Virus record (IMG/VR): IMGVR_UViG_3300030372_003259
Location: 1-32,713 of that record
DNA length: 32,713 nucleotides
DNA from: a virus
Taxonomy: Duplodnaviria; Caudoviricetes
Reading direction: 5' to 3' (one strand)
Shown piece after piece: positions 23,570-32,515 of the stretch. Position 1 is the stretch's first letter, and each line of letters starts with the position of its first letter. The position numbers and the translations under genes are program-made. Below the pieces are notes generated by a model. That model searched no databases. It had not been told where the DNA came from and was given only the letters and a program-made list of their open reading frames with translations.

Positions 23570-25719
23570 TACGCCTCTGGTTTCTTAGGGTAAAGTATAT
23601 CATCAAAAACTTTTTTCGGCAACATTGACAAAACACTTAGTGCAGGATTAGTTTTACTAGTTATATTAAGTACAGTTTTACCTAATTTTGCAGTACCTAC
23701 TAAACCAGCTGCACCTTTACGTATTAAATCTACACCTGTTTCTTTAGCTGAACCAGTAAGTTCACTAGCTAATGTGTTACCAGATTTACCTGGTCCTTGT
23801 GTAAAGTATTTACCACGTTTAGCTTTATCTCTAGCTTCTTTTGCTGCTATTCTTCTTTGATTTTCAGGACTAGTTTGATAATTAAAGTCACCTTTACCAG
23901 AAGTTCTTGTATCAGGACCAGCATTAATATTAATATTTCCTTTGGCTTCTAATTCTTTAAGTAAGTTTGTTCTAAACTCTGCACTTTGTACTTCATAAGC
24001 AAATTGTTTAAGTTTGTAATCATCTCTAATTTGACCAGGTAATACTTTACCTGTTGTAGAAGAACGTGGTAAATTAGCAATACGACTGTCTTTTAATAAT
24101 TTTCTATCTGCTTCTTGTTGCCAGCCAAATCTTGGATTTTCTGGGCCTACTTCTCCTTTTAGTTCTAATATTTTTAATTCATCAGGAGTTGGTCCAGATG
24201 TAATCATACCCATATCTCTAGGCTTAACGTCAAGATTACTAAAGGTAGCACTTTTAATTTTTTTATCTGCTTCATCCATAAAGATACGTTGTTGCTTAAT
24301 AATTCCTTCAACATCACGTTGTTTAATTCTTTCGTTTTCAGCAAGTATTTCAGCAGCTTTAAGGTCTACACTTTTACTTGCACGTTCTAAAGCGTATTCA
24401 ACATTAGACGCTGGTGTGTAAGTAACTTTTGGTTTTCTATCTGTAGTTCTTATACGATTAGGGTCGTTAGCAGCTAAACCTTTATTTTTATCTTCAATAA
24501 GTTTTAATACAGCAGACTCTTTGTCTAGTCCTGGATATTTTAATTGTGCTTCTTTAGCATAATTTTTTATATCTGATTGATAAGGTGCTTCTACTTTACC
24601 ACCAACTCTAGGCATTTCTTTAGTAAGTATTTGGTCTTTAGGTATATTAATCATACCATCAGTTGTTACTACAGGTTTACCCTTTATACGTTGTCCTTGA
24701 CTAGTTGTTTTACTACCTCCAACTGCATAATTACCTGTAAAATCTACACCTTTTGTAACATTTCCTACTGCTTCTTGACCTAATTCTTCTCCTAATTTAC
24801 CTAAAGTTCCTGGTTTACCTTCTATTGTTGTACCTATATTCTTAGTGTCTTCAATGTTAAGCGCTATTTCTTTAGGACTATATCCAGATGTACGTTCTTT
24901 AATTAATTTTTCTAAAGCTTCATCTTCTTGTGCAGGTCCCATTTGTAATTTTGTTTTAGCTATGTCTGCTTCTAAAGCTTTAATCTCTGATTCAAGATAA
25001 GCTTTAGTCATTGACACATCTTCTTTAGGTAGCTTACTTAATAACTCTTGTGATAATGTTTGACCACCTTTTAATTCTGGTAATTTAGATTGAGTAGCAG
25101 ATTTTTGACTAGGTCCTTGTGTTTTTTCTGCAACAGCTCTAGCTTCTACATTTTTTTTAATTTGTGCAGCTTTTCTTTGTAATGTAAAATCAGCCATTCT
25201 AGGTGCTTTAATATCACCATATCTAGAAAGTTGACCTTTTAATACGTCTAGTTGTTCCATTTGTCCAAACAAAACTTTGTCTTGTTGTCCTGCACTAGGT
25301 ACTCTTTCAACTTTAAATTCTTCTGCAATATTTACTTTGTCTAAATTAGCTCTAACACTTTTAATAAATGTTTCTGATAAATTTTTATAACCTTTTTCTT
25401 CTTTTAAATATCTAACTAAATCTTCATCAGTTGATAAATCATTGTATTGATTTCTAATTTTATTATTTTCAGCTTGTGCTTCAATATTAGCTTGTGTATC
25501 TACAGCAGCTTCTTCTAAATATTGTTGGTCTGCTGTTTCATAAAAACCTTCTGGTTGAGGATTATCACTACCTATGTCATCACTTGTTATAAAATCTGAA
25601 GCAGCTTCTTGACCTAATTGTTCTGTTTCTTTAGCAGCATCATCAATATTAAACCCATCTTCTGGGTCAAATTCATCAATATTATTACTAATTTTGTATG
25701 GTTGATTAGGTCTAACCAT
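23569..25719 (-). CDS. Large hypothetical protein (716 aa; acidic N-terminus, basic C-terminus)
   Basis: Long ORF, TAATG-coupled on both sides; no recognised motif. Confidence 0.8.
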   Translation of the reverse strand: MVRPNQPYKISNNIDEFDPEDGFNIDDAAKETEQLGQEAASDFITSDDIGSDNPQPEGFYETADQQYLEEAAVDTQANIEAQAENNKIRNQYNDLSTDEDLVRYLKEEKGYKNLSETFIKSVRANLDKVNIAEEFKVERVPSAGQQDKVLFGQMEQLDVLKGQLSRYGDIKAPRMADFTLQRKAAQIKKNVEARAVAEKTQGPSQKSATQSKLPELKGGQTLSQELLSKLPKEDVSMTKAYLESEIKALEADIAKTKLQMGPAQEDEALEKLIKERTSGYSPKEIALNIEDTKNIGTTIEGKPGTLGKLGEELGQEAVGNVTKGVDFTGNYAVGGSKTTSQGQRIKGKPVVTTDGMINIPKDQILTKEMPRVGGKVEAPYQSDIKNYAKEAQLKYPGLDKESAVLKLIEDKNKGLAANDPNRIRTTDRKPKVTYTPASNVEYALERASKSVDLKAAEILAENERIKQRDVEGIIKQQRIFMDEADKKIKSATFSNLDVKPRDMGMITSGPTPDELKILELKGEVGPENPRFGWQQEADRKLLKDSRIANLPRSSTTGKVLPGQIRDDYKLKQFAYEVQSAEFRTNLLKELEAKGNININAGPDTRTSGKGDFNYQTSPENQRRIAAKEARDKAKRGKYFTQGPGKSGNTLASELTGSAKETGVDLIRKGAAGLVGTAKLGKTVLNITSKTNPALSVLSMLPKKVFDDILYPKKPEA

Positions 25720-26300
25720 TATGTAATCCTTTTTTTGTCAAGTTTAGCAGACAATATTTGGACTTCACCACTAATCTCTTGTAATTTTTCCATTACATCA
25801 GATGTATTTTCTGGTGTATTAGTTACATCACCATCATAATCTATGTATGTAACCTCGACATCTTGTCCAGATTGTATAGCTGCAGCAACACGTGGATATA
25901 CAAACTTATATGCATCAACGCTACTGCCGATGAACCCGTCTTTAGCTATACGATTGTTAGTTTGTGTGTTACCCAGTATTAAACAACCAGCTGTATGCTC
26001 ATCAGTATTACCTGTATGCCATAAGATATACTCAAAACCTGGTACATCTTGTACCCATATCATACCTTTATGAAAATCTGCACTATATTTAGCTAAATAT
26101 CTATTATGAAATCCACCTTCAGTACGTAATTTAAGCTTATAAGTACCTGCAGGTATACGTGTTTCACCCCAAACTTTTACATCACGCTGTTCATCTTCTA
26201 ATGTGTAGGCTAAAAATGTACGTTTACCTCTGTCAATTTCAAATAACAAGCCTGATGTAGAGTCTTTACCACTACTAATTCTTAATACTTCATACTGCAT
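25719..26300 (-). CDS. DUF5675-family protein (candidate endolysin, His/Cys peptidase-like)
   Basis: Motifs YTLED, TRIPAGTY and ILWHTGN..EHTAGCLILG; C-terminal coiled coil. Confidence 0.82.
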   Translation of the reverse strand: MQYEVLRISSGKDSTSGLLFEIDRGKRTFLAYTLEDEQRDVKVWGETRIPAGTYKLKLRTEGGFHNRYLAKYSADFHKGMIWVQDVPGFEYILWHTGNTDEHTAGCLILGNTQTNNRIAKDGFIGSSVDAYKFVYPRVAAAIQSGQDVEVTYIDYDGDVTNTPENTSDVMEKLQEISGEVQILSAKLDKKRIT

Positions 26301-26467
26301 TATTTTTTCTTAGATTTTTTTTTAGCTTTATTTTTTTTGCTATTAGGAAAACCTTTCTTCATATCAGAATAAGCTTTTTTAGATATAGTAGAATTTTTTT
26401 TAGACCTACTTGTACCAGCTTTTTTTCTTTTATTTATATTATGATAAAGACCTTTTTTAGCAGCCAT
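26300..26467 (-). CDS. Very basic protein, 55 aa (MAAKKGLYHNINKRKKAGTSRSKK...), not in ORF track
   Basis: TAATG overlaps at both ends. Confidence 0.8.
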   Translation of the reverse strand: MAAKKGLYHNINKRKKAGTSRSKKNSTISKKAYSDMKKGFPNSKKNKAKKKSKKK

Positions 26468-26658
26468 TATTTACCTACTTTCTTTTGAGCATTTTTATGT
26501 GCTTTACTAAATGTTGTACCACGTTTCATAGAATTAACCATAAATTGTATGTGTTTTTTACTGTGATGTTTACTATGTTTTTTCATACTATCTTGTTGTC
26601 TTTTATTTAATTTAGAAACATCAACACCTTTAATTTTTTTTGTAACCATGTTTACCAT
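26467..26658 (-). CDS. Basic Lys/His-rich protein
   Basis: ORF track; KKHSKHHSKKH segment. Confidence 0.8.
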   Translation of the reverse strand: MVNMVTKKIKGVDVSKLNKRQQDSMKKHSKHHSKKHIQFMVNSMKRGTTFSKAHKNAQKKVGK

Positions 26659-26945
26659 TTAACCTTATGTGACCAATATCTTGCTGACATTTTACTAGGA
26701 TTTCTATCTTGTGCATTATGTCTTGCATAATAAGATTTTTTACGTGCTTTGTCTTTTTTGGTTTTAGGATTTTTACCTGCGCCTTTAACACCTTGTTGAC
26801 CAAACCTAATTAATTTAAGTTCGTGTCCTTCTTGTGCTAATACCATATGCGACTTAGTTGCATGTCCAGGTGTACGCTTAGGTTTGTTTACACCTTTAAG
26901 TCCATGTTTTTTTAATAACGCTTTTTTTCTAGCTTCGTGTGCCAT
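26652..26945 (-). CDS. Basic phage protein (DUF6321/DUF5754-like)
   Basis: KLIRFGQQG...RKKSYYARH...SARYWS motif, recalled from marine phage proteins. Confidence 0.7.
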   Translation of the reverse strand: MAHEARKKALLKKHGLKGVNKPKRTPGHATKSHMVLAQEGHELKLIRFGQQGVKGAGKNPKTKKDKARKKSYYARHNAQDRNPSKMSARYWSHKVKW

Positions 26946-27025
26946 TATTCTTCCTCACAATTTCCGTATTTGCAGTTGCATATTTGTACAAATGAACCGT
27001 CTAGTTTAGTTGTAACTATACACAT
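26945..27025 (-). CDS. Cys-rich micropeptide, 26 aa (MCIVTTKLDGSFVQICNCKYGNCEEE), not in ORF track
   Basis: GGAGGT RBS; TAATG overlaps at both ends. Confidence 0.75.
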   Translation of the reverse strand: MCIVTTKLDGSFVQICNCKYGNCEEE

Positions 27026-27063
27026 TAGTTACCTCCGCAACAACCGTTACCACAACAGTCCAT
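27025..27063 (-). CDS. Cys/Gly micropeptide, 12 aa (MDCCGNGCCGGN), not in ORF track
   Basis: AAGGTGAG RBS; TAATG overlaps at both ends. Confidence 0.65.
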   Translation of the reverse strand: MDCCGNGCCGGN

Positions 27064-27290
27064 TACCTGCTCACCTTGCCTTTATTATCTGGTTTATCTT
27101 TTCTAAATCCTATGGTTAATAACCATACTACTAATGTAATTATAGTAGCTAATCCTGTTATTTGTTGTGCAGAACCTGTCAATGTTAATGTAGCTATAAT
27201 TAAACCAACAAGAGTCCATGACAAATTAAGTGTTTCTTTGATTATTTCTATTAACCAATTCCATACTTTTTTAATTGCTTTTTTTATCAT
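27063..27290 (-). CDS. Small two-TM membrane protein (75 aa)
   Basis: Two hydrophobic stretches; ATGA-coupled to the acidic protein gene. Confidence 0.8.
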   Translation of the reverse strand: MIKKAIKKVWNWLIEIIKETLNLSWTLVGLIIATLTLTGSAQQITGLATIITLVVWLLTIGFRKDKPDNKGKVSR

Positions 27291-28981
27291 ATAGTTTTCC
27301 TAAATATAAATGAAGCCATAGTAGCTATTCTAGTCAAAATAACTGGGACTACAACTTCTTGAGCTTTTTCCTTTTGGTCACTAGTCATGTCATCCCCAAT
27401 ACTTGTAAGGTTTATATCTTGTATATTTACATCTACAAAAACTTCTATAGGATTTTCTATAAATGCTTCGTATTGTATCTCTGTAACAACGTCAGCTAGG
27501 GTATAATCTTCTACGTCTGCATTTTCTACAGCTCTTTCCACGTATTCTTCTACAGCTTCTGCTACTACAGTATCTGATTTAACAGCCTCTGCAATAATTT
27601 CAACATCTTCAGTTTCAACTGATAATACCTCAGCAACAACCTCAATTTGTTCCTCTGTAAGTTCTTCAACATTTTCAATTGCCTCCTCAACAACAGCTTG
27701 TACTATTTCCTGTACTTCTTCAGTAGCTTTATCTAAATTTTGTACACCAACATCATTAACTTCTTCAAGAACTTCTACAACTTCTTCGGTGGTAGCTTCT
27801 TCAACGACAATATCCTCAACGATTTCTTCAACTTCAGATACTGCGACAACGACTTCTTCCTCAGAAAGTTCTTCTGCAGGTTCCTCCTCAACATCTTCCT
27901 GTATTGGCTCATCCAAAACTTCCTCGATAACTTCTTCATCTTCCACCACAACAACAACATCATCTTCTAAAACCTCTTCCTCAATAACAATTATAATATC
28001 TTCTGGTATATCTAGCTCTATAACTTCTTCTTCTATTTCTATAATTTCAATAGTATCTTCAAGTTCTTGTATAATATCTACAAATTCCTCTAATTCCTCT
28101 TCAGATAAATTTTCAAGGTCAATAGTGCTATCCTCAAGCTCTTCTAATATAAGTAATTCTTCTTCAGCATCTATCTGTTCCTGAATTAAACGCTCTTCTT
28201 CAGCAGCAATCTCTGCTTCAATAGCAGCTATTTCTTCTTCCGTGAGCTCAATAACTTCCTCTTCAATGAGAATATCTTCCTCTGTAAGGGTGTCATCTCC
28301 AAGTATCTCTTCGTCCAACTCATCATCTATCTCTTCTTCGACAATATCAATAACATCATCAGGTATGTCAGTGCAATCACCGGGCTGATATCCAAACCAA
28401 TCTCCACTTTCTACGGCTTCCAAATATTGTTTATACGATAAAGGGTTACCTGGGTGTTCACAACCATTTTCGTCCCATGCCAAATACGTTGTAATATTAT
28501 CTTCAACGACATCTTCTGCTTTGGGTAAGGTTGTGCTAGTTGTTGTCGTACTAGGTGGCGTTGTATCAGGAACATAATCATAATTATATAATACACTTTC
28601 TACAGGTGTAAAGTCGCTAGTTGTACCATTAGTATCGTGAAATGCTTTTACCTTTGCATATATCTTTTGATTATTTACAGACAACTCGTTGTATAAATAC
28701 TCTGCTGTAAATGTATAACTCTGCCAAGACAGTGCTTCTGTAAAACCAAAGTCTGTTTGTTCTGATATATCATCAGCAGTTTCAGTAAGTCCAATATAAA
28801 CTATGTAGTATTCAGGTGGATTATCTTCAAAGCCGTCACTCTCTTGCCAACTTACTGTAATGCTACCATCATTGTTTAATGTATTAGTTATACCATAAGG
28901 TGTTTGTGTTTCAGTATGATACGCATATACAGGAGTAGCTATTAGTAATACTGCAGCTACAACAGCTAATAACTTTTTCAC
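27287..28981 (-). CDS. Exported, highly acidic protein (signal peptide, Fn3-like beta domain, Thr linker, Glu/Val/Ile-rich stalk)
   Basis: N-terminus MKKLLAVVAAVLLIATPVYA (GTG start), TTPPSTTTTSTT linker, ~300 aa Glu-rich region, hydrophobic/basic C-terminus. Confidence 0.8.
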   Translation of the reverse strand: MKKLLAVVAAVLLIATPVYAYHTETQTPYGITNTLNNDGSITVSWQESDGFEDNPPEYYIVYIGLTETADDISEQTDFGFTEALSWQSYTFTAEYLYNELSVNNQKIYAKVKAFHDTNGTTSDFTPVESVLYNYDYVPDTTPPSTTTTSTTLPKAEDVVEDNITTYLAWDENGCEHPGNPLSYKQYLEAVESGDWFGYQPGDCTDIPDDVIDIVEEEIDDELDEEILGDDTLTEEDILIEEEVIELTEEEIAAIEAEIAAEEERLIQEQIDAEEELLILEELEDSTIDLENLSEEELEEFVDIIQELEDTIEIIEIEEEVIELDIPEDIIIVIEEEVLEDDVVVVVEDEEVIEEVLDEPIQEDVEEEPAEELSEEEVVVAVSEVEEIVEDIVVEEATTEEVVEVLEEVNDVGVQNLDKATEEVQEIVQAVVEEAIENVEELTEEQIEVVAEVLSVETEDVEIIAEAVKSDTVVAEAVEEYVERAVENADVEDYTLADVVTEIQYEAFIENPIEVFVDVNIQDINLTSIGDDMTSDQKEKAQEVVVPVILTRIATMASFIFRKTI

Positions 28982-29169
28982 ATTAAGTTATTGATTAACA
29001 CCACCAATGCTGAGATTGCAACTAACCAGCCCGATAACTCTTGTCTTGATATTTTTTGATTAACTTTTTCGTGTAATTCATCTATACGTTTATTGATATC
29101 TTGTTGTCCTTCTAATATAAGTTGTAACATTTCTTTTTGTGTAAAGCCATTACCGTTATGGGAGGTCAT
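28978..29169 (-). CDS. Coiled-coil protein with C-terminal TM helix (XhlA-like architecture; start revised to MTSHNG)
   Basis: Heptad segment QQDINKRIDELHEKVN, then a hydrophobic tail. Confidence 0.7.
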   Translation of the reverse strand: MTSHNGNGFTQKEMLQLILEGQQDINKRIDELHEKVNQKISRQELSGWLVAISALVVLINNLM

Positions 29170-29314
29170 CAACATTCCAATCTTGCCAATCCCAATCATC
29201 TTTCTTTGTGTAATAATAAGGTTCTTTATTAGATTTACCTGTTAAAAATTTATATAAATCAGCATAGTTTTCCCATACTAAAGCAACTAAGAGTAATAAA
29301 AAAAGTAAATCCAT
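29156..29314 (-). CDS. Small membrane-anchored protein, 52 aa (MDLLFLLLLVALVWENY...DDWDWQDW), not in ORF track
   Basis: Open frame with N-terminal hydrophobic helix; leaderless promoter directly upstream. Confidence 0.75.
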   Translation of the reverse strand: MDLLFLLLLVALVWENYADLYKFLTGKSNKEPYYYTKKDDWDWQDWNVDDLP

Positions 29315-29321
29315 AAATGGG

Positions 29322-29330
29322 ATTATATCA
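29322..29330 (-). promoter_or_regulatory. Extended -10 promoter yielding a leaderless mRNA
   Basis: Minus strand TGaTATAAT, then 7 nt to ATG at 29314. Confidence 0.65.
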
Positions 29331-29541
29331 TATTCTCCAGTAGGTTTATAAGTAATTCTATATAATCTGCATGAGTACTATCTAATGTTATGCTTTTATC
29401 TTGCTTAGCTAACTCTATAGCTTTATGTAATGTATAACCGTCTATGTACGTTATTGTGTAAGGGTCAGGAAGCAAATTATAATCAGGAGGATTTTTAACA
29501 AACTCACTATTTATTATCCATTCGTCCAGTGCTTCTATCAT
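29323..29541 (-). CDS. Hypothetical protein (start revised to MIEALDEW)
   Basis: ORF track 29323-29568; internal ATG gives a shorter overlap with the upstream gene. Confidence 0.65.
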   Translation of the reverse strand: MIEALDEWIINSEFVKNPPDYNLLPDPYTITYIDGYTLHKAIELAKQDKSITLDSTHADYIELLINLLENMI

Positions 29542-30247
29542 TGTCAAACTCTTTAACTGCTTTGTCATAGTACATTCTACTAGTAGCTATTACTGATGCT
29601 GCTTCATCTCTAAATACTTGGTCAGTTTGTTCTGTAGCTTTAACTACATCTAGTTCAAATGTATCATCTATTGGAACAACAGATATGTGTATAAGAGGAG
29701 TACCTTCTGTTACTTGCAATACTTCTCCTACTTCCATTGGTCTATTTATTTCAAACGGAAAATTTACTTGACCATACGCATCAGTTCTAACAAGACCTGA
29801 TAAAAACTTAATAGGCCTATCTTCGTAGTGCCAAAAAGGGTCGTTAAATATTAAACCCCAACCAGGTGGTGTTTTAAACTGCCAAGGTGATACAAGTTTA
29901 AATGCACCTCCACCAACTAATGGTGTAACAGGTGAGCCTTCTATTTGATATTGAGAGTGACCATCTATTGCTTTGGGTAATGGTCCTTGTCCTATTTGCC
30001 AATGTACATCATCTTCTGTTCTAGTAAACTCTATCCAAGACCACGAAGGCATTATATATCCATAATTAATTACATCTCTAATAGCAGGGCAAGTTTTAAT
30101 GTTTCCTGAATTTGCTAAACTTTCATAATTACTATCACGTTTAATTGTTTTCCACCAAGCAGGTGGTGCTTTTTTTGCAGCAACAATAGGGTGTAAATCT
30201 ACTATCCAGTTTAAATCTTGGTATATAGGAATAACTTCTAGTTTCAT
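29507..30247 (-). CDS. DUF6065-like / dUTPase-like beta-fold protein
   Basis: P.WWK...IKTCPAIRD....GY, PW.FKTPPG, G.V.TD, GTPL motifs recalled from phage tail-region proteins. Confidence 0.6.
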   Translation of the reverse strand: MKLEVIPIYQDLNWIVDLHPIVAAKKAPPAWWKTIKRDSNYESLANSGNIKTCPAIRDVINYGYIMPSWSWIEFTRTEDDVHWQIGQGPLPKAIDGHSQYQIEGSPVTPLVGGGAFKLVSPWQFKTPPGWGLIFNDPFWHYEDRPIKFLSGLVRTDAYGQVNFPFEINRPMEVGEVLQVTEGTPLIHISVVPIDDTFELDVVKATEQTDQVFRDEAASVIATSRMYYDKAVKEFDNDRSTGRMDNK

Positions 30248-30921
30248 AATAATTTTTTTGGCCTTCTTTTCAACACGGTATTGTATATTTTAGTAGTATT
30301 GTTTCTTACTTTAGTAATATTTTTTACCTCTTTACACATAGCCCACATTTCATCAGTCATAAGTTTATAATCTAAAGTTACTGATTTATTAAAATATAAA
30401 AGCATAAAAGGTTTATCAACACTCCATTCAAAGCTAGCTTGTTTCTTTTTATCTGTTACCTCTACTGCAAAATTTAACATTCTGTTCCAACTGTAAATAT
30501 TAAACGAACCTGGTACAAATGTACAGTTATCCATTTTTAAATCTGTTCCAGGTAGTAATGATATTTCAATATCTTTAGTATCTGTAAAAAGTATATAAGG
30601 TACTATACATTGAAGTGTAAGAACACCATATACTTCTTGTTTTGTTACATTTATAAAATTAAATATATCTTGACCTAATTGACCTGCAGTATTGCTACCT
30701 ATAAACTCTGTTTCCATAAGGCCTGATATAGGATTGTATATCCACTTTACATCTAAAGGAGCATTGATTGCATATAATCTATTGTTAGCTATCTGAACAG
30801 CAGGACAACCATACGTATTTTTGTTATATAAATATGGTTCACTAAATATACTTGTTGGATAACTATAACCTCTATCTAATGAATAAACTACTTTAGATTT
30901 TTTGTATCTATTAAATAACAT
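30244..30921 (-). CDS. Hypothetical protein, probable distant relative of the adjacent DUF6065-like gene
   Basis: GCPAV motif, PGSFNIYSW.R.LNFA segment; AAGGTGGAG RBS. Confidence 0.6.
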   Translation of the reverse strand: MLFNRYKKSKVVYSLDRGYSYPTSIFSEPYLYNKNTYGCPAVQIANNRLYAINAPLDVKWIYNPISGLMETEFIGSNTAGQLGQDIFNFINVTKQEVYGVLTLQCIVPYILFTDTKDIEISLLPGTDLKMDNCTFVPGSFNIYSWNRMLNFAVEVTDKKKQASFEWSVDKPFMLLYFNKSVTLDYKLMTDEMWAMCKEVKNITKVRNNTTKIYNTVLKRRPKKLL

Positions 30922-30937
30922 ACTCCACCTTTAAATT

Positions 30938-31258
30938 TTATTCTTCAGTATGTAAAACCCATTGTGTATTTTCTTCGTCCCAATCCCACCATTGGTTCTC
31001 TAATATTTCATCTGTTGGGTAATCTACAGGTGGTTTCCATTCCCATTCACTTTCATTCCAAACCCAACTTGGAAAAGGTCCACTAGCAGGTTTAGTAATT
31101 TTTTTATCTTCAGCCCATATGTCACCTATAACTACAAGGTTACTTCCTGGTGCCAGTGAAAATGTATCACCAGGATTTTCTTCAGATAAGAAATCGTCTA
31201 TTGTATCTCCGACAAGAATATTTTTTACAATGTTATCAGACCCTATGTGTACAATCAT
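30938..31258 (-). CDS. Trp/Pro-rich tail-fibre-associated protein
   Basis: PFPSWVWNE...W.PPVDYP...W.WDEE...W pattern; follows the Gly-rich fibre gene. Confidence 0.7.
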   Translation of the reverse strand: MIVHIGSDNIVKNILVGDTIDDFLSEENPGDTFSLAPGSNLVVIGDIWAEDKKITKPASGPFPSWVWNESEWEWKPPVDYPTDEILENQWWDWDEENTQWVLHTEE

Positions 31259-32142
31259 TAAAGTTTTTTTACTTTCTTAATATTAGTTACGTTACCTGCA
31301 AGTGTTGGTTGGTCATATTTTAATATTTGCATACGACCTGCTGAACCGTGACCACCCGCGTTACTATTACTGTCATTCTTTCTACTACCTCCACCTGAGC
31401 CATAGCCACCACCATTGTTAGGTGTATTTCCACCATTGCCTCCAACGTTTGTGTTGCCTACATCTCCTCCTCCACCTGAACCATAAAACCCTTGTTGACC
31501 ACCACCTGCACAGTAGTTTTCTCCTAGAAAAGCAAATCCATCTCCACCGCCTTGAGCACCATTATCACCAGTTAAATCAGAACCCATACCTCCACCACCG
31601 CCACCCATATAGCTGTTGTTGTTAGTTTTAGGTCCACCATTTCCACCTATGTTACCTGTTGGTGCAGTATTGTTATCTGCTCCTGAGCCACCTCCGCAAC
31701 CACCTGAACCACCTGCTTGGCCCTGTCCTGCACCACGACCACCACCTGAAACAGAAATATTAGATAAAGTATTTTTATTATTTGATTGAGCTTTAAAAGT
31801 TGCAGCATTCATACTTGTAGTACCACCATTACCACCATTTAAAAATTGACCTTTGTTAGCACCACTACCTCTACTACCTATAGATATATTAGAAGTACCA
31901 CTAAATTGTACGCCTTCAAAGAATACAGCTCCTGCTGCACCCCCTCCACCTGCACGCCAACCTCCGCCACCTGCACCACCACCAACGGCAAACACTTGAT
32001 ATTTGGTGTTATTGCTTTCAGGTGCAAATGAGCCATTACTATTGTTTGTTTGAACAAGTGTCATAGCTTTTGCATTGAGGTCTTCACCTCTACTTATATG
32101 TGAAGTTGTACCATCATTTAATGCAAGTCTTTTAAAACCCAT
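31258..32142 (-). CDS. Glycine-rich tail fibre / receptor-binding-like protein
   Basis: AVGGGAGGG...GGGGAAG, YCAGGG and GGHGSAG repeats; AGGAG RBS. Confidence 0.75.
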   Translation of the reverse strand: MGFKRLALNDGTTSHISRGEDLNAKAMTLVQTNNSNGSFAPESNNTKYQVFAVGGGAGGGGWRAGGGGAAGAVFFEGVQFSGTSNISIGSRGSGANKGQFLNGGNGGTTSMNAATFKAQSNNKNTLSNISVSGGGRGAGQGQAGGSGGCGGGSGADNNTAPTGNIGGNGGPKTNNNSYMGGGGGGMGSDLTGDNGAQGGGDGFAFLGENYCAGGGQQGFYGSGGGGDVGNTNVGGNGGNTPNNGGGYGSGGGSRKNDSNSNAGGHGSAGRMQILKYDQPTLAGNVTNIKKVKKL

Positions 32143-32158
32143 ATTAACTCCTATTTAA

Positions 32159-32488
32159 TTATGTAATCTGTGTACCGAATGCACTAAATGAAACGTTATT
32201 GTCAGAAGCACCGACAGAAATTATGTCAGTTTCAGCTAAAGTTATACCAAGTGTTAATGTAACAGTATCTTTAGCAGCTATTGATGTTTCAAAAGCTAAA
32301 CGGTCTTCGTCAGCAACTACACCGCCTCCAACTTTTACGTTAATATTAAACGTATTTGCTGCGTTTTCTCTATTACATACGACAATGCTTGATACAATTG
32401 CACTTGTGCCTGCAGGTACAGTATAGAGTGTAACATCATTACCTGATGCGGCTCCTGTCTGTCCTAGTACTTTATATTCGTTTGCCAT
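32159..32488 (-). CDS. Small beta-rich tail-associated structural protein (109 aa)
   Basis: YKVLGQ...LYTVPA...IVVCN...LTLGITL...SFSAFG pattern; AGGAG RBS. Confidence 0.7.
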   Translation of the reverse strand: MANEYKVLGQTGAASGNDVTLYTVPAGTSAIVSSIVVCNRENAANTFNINVKVGGGVVADEDRLAFETSIAAKDTVTLTLGITLAETDIISVGASDNNVSFSAFGTQIT

Positions 32489-32515
32489 TATTCTCCTATA
32501 TTATCATATATTTTC

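Noticed and set aside
27740-28596. Ser/Thr-rich and other alternative-frame ORFs within the acidic protein gene
   Set aside because: By-products of the GAA-rich low-complexity coding sequence.
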